A stretch of 55,282 bases of DNA from Chloroflexota bacterium (GCA_027298025.1 JAPUGV010000232.1:1-55282), one strand, 5' to 3'; counted from the first letter of the stretch, positions 9,498-18,390 are shown. Program-made: numbers and translations. Notes: a model not told the origin generated them from the sequence alone.

Positions 9498-10244
9498 ATG
9501 GATGATCCCTTTGACCCGAGCCCCCGAGGCGTCGGATTGAACCTCGGGCGGCTGATTCTGAATGTTTCAACGGGCATCGTGCTGCTGATCACGCTGTTCG
9601 TAGGTTTCCGATTCGTAATGATCTTCCTCAATCCTCAATCATCGTTTAATCCCTACCCGCCACCCACCCTCCCGGCGACCCTCGGTCCACCGACGCCGAC
9701 CAATACACCGGCGATCAGGCTTCCAACCGAGATTCCACCGACCTCGACACCCCGACCGCTCCCAACCATTGCTCCGGCGGCAACCGAGACTTCGGAAGCG
9801 ACGGCAACTCCGGAATTTACGGTGACTCCCGAGGAGTCCCCTGTCGCAACCGCAGAAAGTGGAGCCCAATTCGAGCTGCAGACTGGAAGCCCTACTTATA
9901 TTCCGGATGAGCGTGGATGCGAACACATGGGTGTGGGCGGGAAGGTCTACGACCTGAATGGAGCGCCGATCGTCGGCCTCGCTGTGAGGGTAAGCGGTGA
10001 GCTGGCTGGAACACCTATCGGACCGCTCGATACACTAACGGGCAGCGCGGCGGACCGCTTTGGCTTCGGCGGCTACTACTTCGAGCTCTCGGATACTCCC
10101 ACTACAAGCGATGACACCTTAACGCTGCAAGTCCTGGACTCCAGCAGCGGACTCGAGCTTTCAGACCCCGTCGACCTCACCACATACGACAACTGCGAGC
10201 AGAACCTGCTGTTTATCAACTGGGCTCAGTCCGAATCGGAGTAA
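9498..10244 (+). CDS. Hypothetical membrane-anchored protein with Pro/Thr-rich linker and C-terminal beta-rich domain
   Basis: One N-terminal TM helix (LILNVSTGIVLLITLFVGFRFVMIF) and a PT-rich spacer. The C-terminal segment GGKVYDLNGAPIVGLAVRVSG resembles carboxypeptidase-regulatory-like folds. Coding-type codon bias, followed by a strong terminator. Confidence 0.6.
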   Translation: MDDPFDPSPRGVGLNLGRLILNVSTGIVLLITLFVGFRFVMIFLNPQSSFNPYPPPTLPATLGPPTPTNTPAIRLPTEIPPTSTPRPLPTIAPAATETSEATATPEFTVTPEESPVATAESGAQFELQTGSPTYIPDERGCEHMGVGGKVYDLNGAPIVGLAVRVSGELAGTPIGPLDTLTGSAADRFGFGGYYFELSDTPTTSDDTLTLQVLDSSSGLELSDPVDLTTYDNCEQNLLFINWAQSESE

Positions 10245-10259
10245 CCTGAACTAAAATGA

Positions 10260-10295
10260 CAAAGAGGCCGTCCTTAGGGACGGCCTCTTTGATTT
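10260..10295. terminator. Bidirectional intrinsic terminator between convergent genes
   Basis: AGAGGCCGTCC-TTAG-GGACGGCCTCT, an 11-bp perfect stem. It is flanked by an A-run upstream and TTGATTTT downstream, so it reads as hairpin plus T-tract on both strands. Confidence 0.8.
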
Positions 10296-10325
10296 TCCGA
10301 CTCGTTCGGAGGGCCCGAAATCTCC

Positions 10326-11489
10326 TCAGGTCGCAACCGCGATCTTTAGCGCTTCGCTCACCATCCCCACCTGCTCCTCGGTCATTACGCCGGAGAACGG
10401 GAGGGCGAGACTCCTCTTCGCTAGGTCTTCGGTGACAGGAAAGTCTCCCGCCTGGTATCCGTGGATCTCCACCATGTAGGGCTGCAAATGAATGGGTTCG
10501 AAGTAGGTCCGGCTTGGAATGCCCTGCTGCTCCAATGCCGCCATGACCTGCGCCCGATCGATGGCTGCATCGAGACGCACGACGTAGACGAACCAGCTCA
10601 TCCCAGATGTGGTGGAGGCTATGGTTGGCAGCTCCACACCGGAAAGATCAGCAAGGGCAGCTCCGTACCAATCTGCGACCTGTGCACGATTGCTGAGCAA
10701 CTCATGAAATCGCGCGGCCTGGACCCGGCCCAACGCCGCGCTCATTTCGTCCAGACGGTAGTTGTAGCCGGGAAAAGTGTGCTGTAACCATGCGTCACCG
10801 ACCGCCCGACCTTGGTTGCGAAGCGCCCGGGCCCAGTTTGCCCAGTCCTCCCGATCGGTAACCACCATGCCACCCTCTCCGGTGGTCAATTGCTTGTTAG
10901 GATAGAAGGCAAAAACCCCCGCATCTCCAAAGGATCCGGCCGCTTTCCCACCGTACTGTGCCCCAAGAGCCTCGGATGAATCTTCAATCAGATTAAGTTC
11001 ACGCGCCTCCGCGATGGGCATCAATCGCGCGTAATCAGCCGGTTGGCCGAATACGTCGACCGTCAATATGGCGCGCAGTTTGCCGCCGTTTCTTGCGTTC
11101 TTGCGCGGAAGCCAGCCATCTTCGCCAGAGTCGAGCGAAGCGACTGCGGCCTCCACTTGCTCAGGGTCAAGGTTTCCCGTGGCAGGATCGACATCTACAA
11201 AAACCGGCACGGCCCGCTCGTAGAGCAGCACGTTAGCGGAGGCGACGAAAGAAAAGGGGCTAGTGATGACTAGATCCCCCTCCCGGATGCCCGCCGCCCG
11301 AACGCACAGGTGCAGGGCCGCGGTTCCAGAACTCACCGCGATGGCATGGCGACACCCGGCCAGTTCCGCGATCGCCTGCTCAAAGGCTTGTACTTCCGGG
11401 CCGATGCTTAATGTGGAGGTTCTGAGCACCGCCGCTACCGCCTCGCGTTCAGCCTCAGTCAGATCGGGAGAAGACATGGGAACTCTCAT
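10326..11489 (-). CDS. DegT/DnrJ/EryC1/StrS-family PLP-dependent aminotransferase
   Basis: 387 aa. GDLVITSPFSFVASAN and FAFYPNKQLTTGEGGMV (PLP-lysine context) are family hallmarks. It is the last gene of the glycan island. Confidence 0.85.
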   Translation of the reverse strand: MRVPMSSPDLTEAEREAVAAVLRTSTLSIGPEVQAFEQAIAELAGCRHAIAVSSGTAALHLCVRAAGIREGDLVITSPFSFVASANVLLYERAVPVFVDVDPATGNLDPEQVEAAVASLDSGEDGWLPRKNARNGGKLRAILTVDVFGQPADYARLMPIAEARELNLIEDSSEALGAQYGGKAAGSFGDAGVFAFYPNKQLTTGEGGMVVTDREDWANWARALRNQGRAVGDAWLQHTFPGYNYRLDEMSAALGRVQAARFHELLSNRAQVADWYGAALADLSGVELPTIASTTSGMSWFVYVVRLDAAIDRAQVMAALEQQGIPSRTYFEPIHLQPYMVEIHGYQAGDFPVTEDLAKRSLALPFSGVMTEEQVGMVSEALKIAVAT

Positions 11490-11565
11490 TGCGGTTCCGC
11501 TTCGAGTCCACTCTCCGGCGTCATCGGGCTGGGTGGCGCGCGATCGGGGGATGAGATGGGCGCTT

Positions 11566-12252
11566 TCATCCGAACTCTCCTTCGAGTGTTTTCTCCAGTG
11601 CTGTCAGGTCTGGCAGCTCGATATCGGCCAGATATTCAGGGCCGGGCGGCTGGTCATGAACGTGCTCGCCTTCCGGCCTGCGCACCCAGATCGTCAGCAT
11701 CCCCAGCTGGCGGGCACCTACAAAATCCTTCAGCGGGTTGTCGCCAACATGTGCCGCCTGGCTGCCTGCAAGGTCTAGTTCTTCCAAGAGGCGTTCGAAC
11801 GGAACCTGGCTCGGTTTCCAATCCTGGCGATCCTGCTCACCAAGGATCAATACCGCCTCGAAGGTTTCGGCCAATCCCAGGGCCTCAAGCTTGCGCTGTT
11901 GGCCCGGCTTGTGCCCCTGCGTGATCAATCCAAGCCTGTAGCTACCGCGCAGGCTCCGCAGCACGGAGTGTGTCTCCGGGTAGGGCTCGAGGCTCGGAGT
12001 ATGGTCCCGATAACACTTCACCATCTCTGGCAACCATCGATCCGGCTCGATTTCATGCGCTTCGAGCCAGCGATTGAAGGTGTCGCCCCGCACCCCGCCA
12101 TCAAAGTAAGCCTCGAGCTCGACATATCCTTGCTCACTCGGGATGCCTAGTGATGCTTCCGCCCAATCGGCGACCGCCGCAAACCCGCTCAGGGCGTACT
12201 GACGTTCCGGGTAAAGGGTGTCGTCTAGATCAAAGACGATGGCTTTCAACAT
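11566..12252 (-). CDS. HAD-superfamily hydrolase/phosphatase
   Basis: Motif I VFDLDDTLY falls right after the chosen start, and motif IV is GDNPLKDFVGA. The ATG at 12252 has a GAGG RBS 6 nt upstream; the longer ORF from 12288 has none. Confidence 0.8.
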   Translation of the reverse strand: MLKAIVFDLDDTLYPERQYALSGFAAVADWAEASLGIPSEQGYVELEAYFDGGVRGDTFNRWLEAHEIEPDRWLPEMVKCYRDHTPSLEPYPETHSVLRSLRGSYRLGLITQGHKPGQQRKLEALGLAETFEAVLILGEQDRQDWKPSQVPFERLLEELDLAGSQAAHVGDNPLKDFVGARQLGMLTIWVRRPEGEHVHDQPPGPEYLADIELPDLTALEKTLEGEFG

Positions 12253-13258
12253 CTGCAACCTCGGATTCATCGAGGAAGTAGGATTCATCGTAGCGGGTGA
12301 GGTGCAATCCGGTTTTGTAGGTTCCTAGAGGAGGGGTTACCACGGGGATCCCCGCCGCCTCCGACAGATACCACTTCGGGGAGGGCACTCCGGCCGCGAT
12401 CCCCAGCGGTAGGCCACCTCCGAAGCGGGCATTCACTTCCGTAAAGTACGGCTGCCCCTCTCGCATCAAGCACTGAACCGTGATGGGTCCCCTTGCCTTG
12501 AGGCCCTCGGCAATCTTCACGCAGGCCTCAATGATCTCTCCATTTCCAATGGTGACGCCCTTGGCGACCTCCCCCCAGCGCACCTCGATTCTCTCACGGC
12601 TGACGACGGCCCATACGCGTCCATCCGTGCCGCAACTTACGTCGCTCGTGATCTCCGGGCCCGGCAAATACTCCTGCACGATGGCCTGAGGGATCTGCCT
12701 CAGCGCGTGCTCAAGGCTGGCAGGGTCACCAACCTTGCGGCCTCCTCTGCCAGCGCTGCCGATTCTGGGCTTGACGTAGAGCGGGAACTCGAAATCTTCC
12801 TGCGGCGCGCCGCGCCAGGTTCGAGGCGCCGGCACCTCGATGCTGCTGAAGAGGTCATGGGTGAGTAGCTTGTCATTGGCAGTCGTGGCTTCGGGCGTGG
12901 ACAACGAAGTGAGCCTTGTCCCAGCTCTTTCGAGCCGTTCGCGCCCCTTTGCGAGGACGGGAATATCCGGATCAATGAGAGGGAATATCAGTTGAATGGA
13001 TTCCTGTTCGCAGATGCCGGCTACGGTCGCAAGATAGCGCTCATCGTTCAGCTTCGGAACCATGTAGTATCGATCTACTTCTTGCAGGGCGGGGGCCAGC
13101 GGATCAATGTCGGTGGCGACAATGGAGCCTCGTAGCCCCAGCTCATCGTACGCCTTACGGAAGGCGCGCATCAGTTCCACGCGCCGACCGACGCTGGTGA
13201 AGAGCACGTTCACTCGATCAAGCCGTCTTTCGACCGATCCCAAAATAGCCTCCCGCAA
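12230..13258 (-). CDS. ATP-grasp domain ligase (carboxylate-amine ligase type)
   Basis: VLFTSVGRRVEL N-terminal pre-ATP-grasp pattern, YVKPRIGSAGRG, and TEVNARFGGG typical of the ATP-grasp C-domain. The start is uncertain: TTG at 13258, or TTG at 13243 preceded by GGGAGG. Confidence 0.75.
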   Translation of the reverse strand: MREAILGSVERRLDRVNVLFTSVGRRVELMRAFRKAYDELGLRGSIVATDIDPLAPALQEVDRYYMVPKLNDERYLATVAGICEQESIQLIFPLIDPDIPVLAKGRERLERAGTRLTSLSTPEATTANDKLLTHDLFSSIEVPAPRTWRGAPQEDFEFPLYVKPRIGSAGRGGRKVGDPASLEHALRQIPQAIVQEYLPGPEITSDVSCGTDGRVWAVVSRERIEVRWGEVAKGVTIGNGEIIEACVKIAEGLKARGPITVQCLMREGQPYFTEVNARFGGGLPLGIAAGVPSPKWYLSEAAGIPVVTPPLGTYKTGLHLTRYDESYFLDESEVADVESHRL

Positions 13259-13880
13259 TACGGTCCCGCTGGGAACCCGTTCTGAGCCACCCGTCCACCC
13301 ACTTCAGCGGATAGAAAAGGATCGCCATGATGCCCTTTACGGGACGGTATGTTTGGGGCACCAGGCGTGCCGCCATCCCAGCCAGGAATTCTACAAGAAT
13401 GCGATGCATGCCGGTTCCCGCAGCGAGGGCGGGCTCGACCCGCTCACATCGCAGCCCCGCCTGCTCGATCAGTCGTTGGAGGCCGGAATGCGTGAAACGC
13501 CAGTAATCCTCTGGATCGGGATGATAGCCCAGCACAAAGGGCACCTGCAGGTACAGTATGCCCCTGGCTTCGAGCACGCGCTCCATCTCGCGCACTGCCT
13601 GGAACGGATCTGCCACGTGCTCCATAGTTTCCTGAGAAAGAACCAATCGGAAGGTGCCGTTTCCGAAGGGCAGCTTTAGGGCATCCCCTACGCAATTCGT
13701 GTGCTCCGAGGGAGCCAAGTCGATGTTGACCACCCCAGAGTGGAGGTCGCTCTCGCCGGATCCGACGTTCAGCGCCAGCTGACCGTCACCGAGGTCCCCA
13801 AGCAGCGCGGCTAGTTCGCGCCGTATTGAGCTCGAGTCGTGGTAGGTGGACCAGAAAGTGCGCGAAACCCAGTTCTGCAT
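13218..13880 (-). CDS. Class I SAM-dependent methyltransferase (Methyltransf_11-like)
   Basis: LNVGSGESD (motif I-like), then DALKLPFGNGTFRLVLSQETMEHV, typical of the post-I/II motifs of small SAM methyltransferases. Confidence 0.7.
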   Translation of the reverse strand: MQNWVSRTFWSTYHDSSSIRRELAALLGDLGDGQLALNVGSGESDLHSGVVNIDLAPSEHTNCVGDALKLPFGNGTFRLVLSQETMEHVADPFQAVREMERVLEARGILYLQVPFVLGYHPDPEDYWRFTHSGLQRLIEQAGLRCERVEPALAAGTGMHRILVEFLAGMAARLVPQTYRPVKGIMAILFYPLKWVDGWLRTGSQRDRIAGGYFGIGRKTA

Positions 13881-13906
13881 GCGATCCTCACTCGATTGAA
13901 GGATCT

Positions 13907-15160
13907 CTAACCGAGCGCGAGCAAGACTTCTTCCATCTTCCCCGCCAGCTCTTGGCGATCAAATCGCGCTTCGACGTACGCTCTCCCATTCCGACCCATC
14001 CCTCGCGCCAGCTCGGGATCGTCCGCAAGGCGCCGGATGGCCTCCCCGACCTCGGCTCCGTCGCCCGGTGTGACATATATGCCGGCCCCGGCCTCTTCCA
14101 CGACCTCTCGAATTACGCCGTCGATTGCCACTACAACCGGAAGCTTGGAGGCCATATAATCAAACACCTTATTTGGATAGGTCGTTGTAAACATCGGTAT
14201 GGCTTTGAGCACTGCGATCCCGCAGTCAGCTTCCGCTAGCAACGCAGGCACGCTCGCCTTTTCGACAGGGGGCAAGAAGATCAGGTTATTGAGCTGTTTG
14301 GCCTGCGCCTGGTTTTGCAAGGCGGCCTTCTCAGCCCCGTCCCCCACCAGCACAATGACGATCCTTGGGTCTTGTTTTAATGTGGAGGCCGCATGTACGA
14401 GCTGAGAAAGGTCGTTTGCCATACCGTGCGCGCCGGTGTACAAGGCGATGAATTTCCCCTCGAGCCCATGAGTTTCACGAAGCAGAGACCCCGGTGTGGA
14501 TGCTCCCTCGGTTGTTGTCGGCGCTGCTTCGTGTTCCCCAAGCCCTTTGGGCATCGCCGAATTCAAGTTCACCCCATTGGGTACGATCAGAATTTCTTTC
14601 CCGCCAACTCCAACACCCCGAAGATGCTCGACAAAGCCTGGTGAATTGACGACGATTTGATCGGAGTGGCGATATAGAAAGCCCTCCAACCATTCTGACA
14701 GGGCGATCAATCGACGGTTACGCAGTGCGCCGACCTGAACCGCGAACTCCGGCCACAGATCCCGCACCTCCAGCAACCACGGTCTCCCCTTCGAGCGCGC
14801 AAGCAGCCAGGCCGTCCACCCTTGAAAGATCGGCGGTGAGGTCCCCCATAGGACATCGACGCCTGCCGTGCGCAGGCCCGCCCAGAACGACGAGAGCATA
14901 AACGAGAAGTAGCCGATTGTCCGCCATGCGAATCCGCGTCGCTCACCCCCGGCCACGCCGCATCTCACGATTTCTAGACCTGGAAGCGGGGTCTCCCGTC
15001 GATCCGCGGAGAGCGGTTCCCCTGTCAGGTAGCCGCGCGTGCCGGCCAGCACCGTCACACGGTGCCCGTTCTCAACAAGATACCGGGCAAAGTCGTAATG
15101 GCGGGTTCCTCCTGGATCCTCCGGGCGTATGAACACCTGGTGGATCAATAGAATGTGCAC
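13907..15160 (-). CDS. Family 4 glycosyltransferase, WbuB-like
   Basis: N-terminus MHILLIHQVF..PEDPGGTRHYDFARYLVENGHRVTVL. The C-terminal motif is PNKVFDYMASKLPVV, the WbuB-type variant of the GT4 EX7E region. GTG start. Confidence 0.8.
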   Translation of the reverse strand: MHILLIHQVFIRPEDPGGTRHYDFARYLVENGHRVTVLAGTRGYLTGEPLSADRRETPLPGLEIVRCGVAGGERRGFAWRTIGYFSFMLSSFWAGLRTAGVDVLWGTSPPIFQGWTAWLLARSKGRPWLLEVRDLWPEFAVQVGALRNRRLIALSEWLEGFLYRHSDQIVVNSPGFVEHLRGVGVGGKEILIVPNGVNLNSAMPKGLGEHEAAPTTTEGASTPGSLLRETHGLEGKFIALYTGAHGMANDLSQLVHAASTLKQDPRIVIVLVGDGAEKAALQNQAQAKQLNNLIFLPPVEKASVPALLAEADCGIAVLKAIPMFTTTYPNKVFDYMASKLPVVVAIDGVIREVVEEAGAGIYVTPGDGAEVGEAIRRLADDPELARGMGRNGRAYVEARFDRQELAGKMEEVLLALG

Positions 15161-15184
15161 GGGCGAAGTCTAACACTCTGACCT

Positions 15185-15217
15185 ATAAAACAGAGCCGCC
15201 CACTCTCGTGGGCGGCT
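15185..15217 (-). terminator. Intrinsic terminator after the small ORF inside the glycan island
   Basis: The minus strand reads AGCCGCCCAC-GAGA-GTGGGCGGCT followed by CTGTTTTAT. Confidence 0.7.
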
Positions 15218-15240
15218 GCCTTACGGTGTTTCTACTCAGA

Positions 15241-15426
15241 TTAGGTGTTTGCGGTGGCGAAATCCTTGCTCACGATCCTCCAGGCCTCGCGCCCTGGATC
15301 GGTTGGGACGGGCGCCACTGCGAAGTACCGCGTCCTGTTCCCAGAGGTCTTTTCCACAATTCGCCATTCGGACGATGGAAACTTGCCCTTTTCCTTGATG
15401 TCGTAGAACTCCAGCGATTCCTTCAT
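15241..15426 (-). CDS. Small hypothetical protein (61 aa), autonomous transcription unit
   Basis: Strong RBS GAGGAGG 9 nt upstream of the ATG and its own intrinsic terminator downstream. The composition is basic and beta-rich (FYDIKEKGKF...RIVEKTSGNRTRYFAVA...WRIVSKD). I cannot securely assign a family. Confidence 0.6.
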   Translation of the reverse strand: MKESLEFYDIKEKGKFPSSEWRIVEKTSGNRTRYFAVAPVPTDPGREAWRIVSKDFATANT

Positions 15427-15592
15427 TTTGGACTACCTCCTCGGTCAAAGGATAGGACCTAACCGCTCAGATACTACCGCCCCTTTGACTTGCGTGCAAG
15501 TAGTCAATGGGGAGATTTCAGCACAAAAGTTCTATCCCCTTGCCAGTACGGTATCTGGTTGGTCGGACCCCTGGATGTTGCGGCTCAACCCC

Positions 15593-16204
15593 CTACCCCA
15601 TGAATTCCTCGGCCGTGGCTTGACCGGGCTGGCTGATTCCCTCACGGGTGAGCACCTTCCAAAGGGTGATCAGCAGGATCTTTACGTCCAATCGAAGGGA
15701 CCAGTGATCCACATACCACACGTCGTATTGGAATTTTTGCTCCCAGGTATTGGCATTGCGGCCATTGATCTGGGTCCAGCCGGTGATTCCGGGAGGTACG
15801 TCGTGTCGACGCGCCTGCTCGGCGCTGTAACGCTCTAGATAACGCATCAGCAGCGGCCTGGGCCCTACCAGGCTCATTTCCCCTTTAAGCACGTTGAGTA
15901 GCTCCGGGAGCTCATCCAAGCTAAAGGAGCGAAGGAATCGCCCCAGGCGAGTCAGACGTACGGCATCCGGCATCGGATTTCCTTCCGAGTCTCTTTCGTC
16001 CGACATCGTACGGAACTTGTACAGGGTGAAGGGCCGCCCCGAAAATCCGGATCGCCGCTGACGGAAGAGCACCGGCGATCCGAGTGCCGTTCTTACCGCA
16101 AGGGCGATCACCGCCAATATGGGACTGATCAAAATGAGGCCGGGCACGGACAGTAGCAGGTCAAAAAGGCGCTTCCGAAGGGGAACTCTGTGAGGCGCGG
16201 ACAT
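15593..16204 (-). CDS. Small (PglC-type) initiating polyprenyl-phosphate sugar-phosphate transferase
   Basis: Bacterial sugar transferase motifs: KRLFDLLLSVPGLILISPILAVIALAV (re-entrant helix), PVLFRQRRSG..PFTLYKFRTM, and DELPELLNVLKGEMSLVGPRP. Length 203 aa. Confidence 0.88.
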   Translation of the reverse strand: MSAPHRVPLRKRLFDLLLSVPGLILISPILAVIALAVRTALGSPVLFRQRRSGFSGRPFTLYKFRTMSDERDSEGNPMPDAVRLTRLGRFLRSFSLDELPELLNVLKGEMSLVGPRPLLMRYLERYSAEQARRHDVPPGITGWTQINGRNANTWEQKFQYDVWYVDHWSLRLDVKILLITLWKVLTREGISQPGQATAEEFMG

Positions 16205-16209
16205 CGTTG

Positions 16210-18390
16210 CTACCCCCTGCTCAGGAAGGCGAGAAGCGGATCCTCCGCCAGGTTTTCCAAATTAAGCATGAGATCCTGCGGCTCCACGTCTCCCAGGCGC
16301 CACCAGCTTGTCATCCGTAACGGTAGCGATCCTTCAACGGTCGCCACGAGCGTAAGCGCAGGCTCCTTGTACCCGTAGGTGGGCGACCACCATCCCAGCA
16401 CGGCGGGATCTTCTGTGGGTTGTCTTTCACCCGCCACCCTCTCACCGGCGCGATAAAGGGCGATATCGTCCATCCCCGGAGTCACCCGCAACTGCATCGG
16501 CCCCTCTTCACCCCGAAGGGTTAGGCTCTGGTCTTCGAGCTCCCACGGCCAGTCTATCAGGCTCCACGCCAGGCGTGCACGGTGCCAGTCCGTGCCGGTG
16601 GGGGCCCCAGCCCCCGTCGGTATGTCGGTGCCCGCCAGGGTGCCCGTGCCCGCGTGGGTACTTGTGCCCGCATGGGTAGTTGCGGCCCCCCGATCGAGCA
16701 GCTCGTCCAGAACGACCCACAACGAGCCTCCAGCCTGGACGACGCTGCGCCGGTGTGTGAATCCGTCTCGCATCGGATGTTCGGCGGCCAGCGCCTGAAC
16801 CGAGCCATCCTCCGCCTGCCAGCGCCCCAGGAAGCGGGCGTTCGACCAGTTCAACCACAGGAACCTCCCAGCCCGATCCATCGGCTCCCTGCCATCCGCC
16901 ACGAGGCTGTTGTGGGCCGCGGCGCCTGCGAATGCGTTTTCCCAGGGTGGCGGTGCAGCGTAACGGTAGGTGCCGGCGTCGCGAGCGAGGTTGTGCTGGT
17001 TCCACCACAGATCCAGGTGCAGCTGATCCGAGTGTGCCGGACGCGCGGTAAAGCGCGCGCATCGAAGTGTAGCCCGCGATGATTCACCCCGCACCAAGTA
17101 CAGACCGGCATGCGGAAAGTCCGTCCTTTCGCTGCGGGGCATGCCCGCCTCACCCTTGACTGGCAGCCCCAGCCACACGCTCATCTCGTCCCACGGTCCC
17201 GGACCAAAGGCGGATTCCCCTGTAAATGCCCGCGTGGCGGCCTGCAGTACCGGCCGATAGTCTGCATGCTCGCAGGATGACAGCAGAAGGATATTTGAGC
17301 CGTCGTTGTGGCCCCAGTTGGGCGTCGTGCCATTCTGTGGATCGGTCATCGACCCGAGGAACTCGGTCATCCTCTGCAGGGCGTCAAGTGTGGTTTCGGG
17401 CAATGGTTCGCCATGGATCTCGGCCAGGCGCGCGGCCCAGAGGCCCGCATTGAGCGCCAACCGCTGATAATTCGTCGAATACTGAATGTATCCCCCATCT
17501 TCGAAGACTTGATCTTCCAAAGCGCGGGTCAGCCATCGCCGGCCCAGCTTCTTCCACTCGGCCGACCGCTCAAACCAGGGCATAAGCAGCCCCACGCTGT
17601 ACAGTCCCACCGCTTCAGTTAGCAGGTGATTGTTTTTCTGCGCGCGGGCGTACGAAAGGGTAGGCGGAATGCGCTCCGCGCTTACGGCAAGCGCGACCAG
17701 GATGTCACCGGCGCGCGTGGGAGAAGCCTCCAGGAAATCCGCCAACGCGTGCCAGATGAAGATTAGCGCCAGGATTCGGAGCGCGGATTCTTGCCCAGAG
17801 ACCCAATGGGGGCCGCAGTTGGGCTGATTGCTGTCGAGCCACGAAGTAAAAAGGTCACATACACCGTCAGCATAGCGCCGCTGGCCGGTGAACTGATAGG
17901 CGCGGCAGAGAATAAAGGCCGATCCAAACCGCGCCGGTTCCCAGAGCAAACGTAGGTCACTGCGGCCTTGTGCACCGTACCGGGTCCAGTGTCTGTCAAG
18001 GGGGACGGAATCCGGCTCATCCGCGAGGGGGACTTTGCCCCAGTCGGGAGGGTTCCCAAGCGGAACGGGCGCCCCCCCAAAGAGACGGAATCGGCCGGCG
18101 AGAATCTCGCCCGCTTCTTGCCGCACGTCCTCGGAGGGAAAATGCTGCAGCGCCTCTTGCAGGCGTTTGCCTGGTTCAAAGAAGAACGGCTCCCTACTCG
18201 ATAACACCTGTTCGACCGAGGTTTCGCTTTTGAGCCAGGATTCCAGCGGCCTATCGCTCCAAAGGTATGGCTTCGTGCGGCGGCGAAGCAGTCCGGATCG
18301 CATGGCGAATTGGTAGACCCCGTATTGGTACAGGGCCGCAATTCCGAGCTCTCGGAGGGCTGGAATCAGAAGCCTGCTGCGCGAGGTCAT
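16210..18390 (-). CDS. Heparinase II/III-like family protein (no signal peptide)
   Basis: 726 aa. The central NNHLLTEA segment and the C-terminal AHSDQLHLDLWW...DAGTYRY pattern match the heparinase II/III-like domain. The N-terminus has no signal peptide or lipobox. It contains a short T(H/L)AGT(S/G/D) tandem repeat. Confidence 0.7.
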   Translation of the reverse strand: MTSRSRLLIPALRELGIAALYQYGVYQFAMRSGLLRRRTKPYLWSDRPLESWLKSETSVEQVLSSREPFFFEPGKRLQEALQHFPSEDVRQEAGEILAGRFRLFGGAPVPLGNPPDWGKVPLADEPDSVPLDRHWTRYGAQGRSDLRLLWEPARFGSAFILCRAYQFTGQRRYADGVCDLFTSWLDSNQPNCGPHWVSGQESALRILALIFIWHALADFLEASPTRAGDILVALAVSAERIPPTLSYARAQKNNHLLTEAVGLYSVGLLMPWFERSAEWKKLGRRWLTRALEDQVFEDGGYIQYSTNYQRLALNAGLWAARLAEIHGEPLPETTLDALQRMTEFLGSMTDPQNGTTPNWGHNDGSNILLLSSCEHADYRPVLQAATRAFTGESAFGPGPWDEMSVWLGLPVKGEAGMPRSERTDFPHAGLYLVRGESSRATLRCARFTARPAHSDQLHLDLWWNQHNLARDAGTYRYAAPPPWENAFAGAAAHNSLVADGREPMDRAGRFLWLNWSNARFLGRWQAEDGSVQALAAEHPMRDGFTHRRSVVQAGGSLWVVLDELLDRGAATTHAGTSTHAGTGTLAGTDIPTGAGAPTGTDWHRARLAWSLIDWPWELEDQSLTLRGEEGPMQLRVTPGMDDIALYRAGERVAGERQPTEDPAVLGWWSPTYGYKEPALTLVATVEGSLPLRMTSWWRLGDVEPQDLMLNLENLAEDPLLAFLSRG
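16588..16686 (-). repeat. In-frame 18-nt tandem repeat (three units, TxAGTx) plus related PTGAGAPTGTD tail inside the heparinase-like gene
   Basis: The minus strand reads ACCCATGCGGGCACAAGT / ACCCACGCGGGCACGGGC / ACCCTGGCGGGCACCGAC, encoding THAGTS-THAGTG-TLAGTD. Confidence 0.7.

Noticed and set aside
16588-16686. Short direct repeats considered as a CRISPR-like or intergenic VNTR element
   Set aside because: The repeats are contiguous 18-nt units with no spacers. They are in frame inside a coding sequence and encode a TxAGTx peptide repeat.
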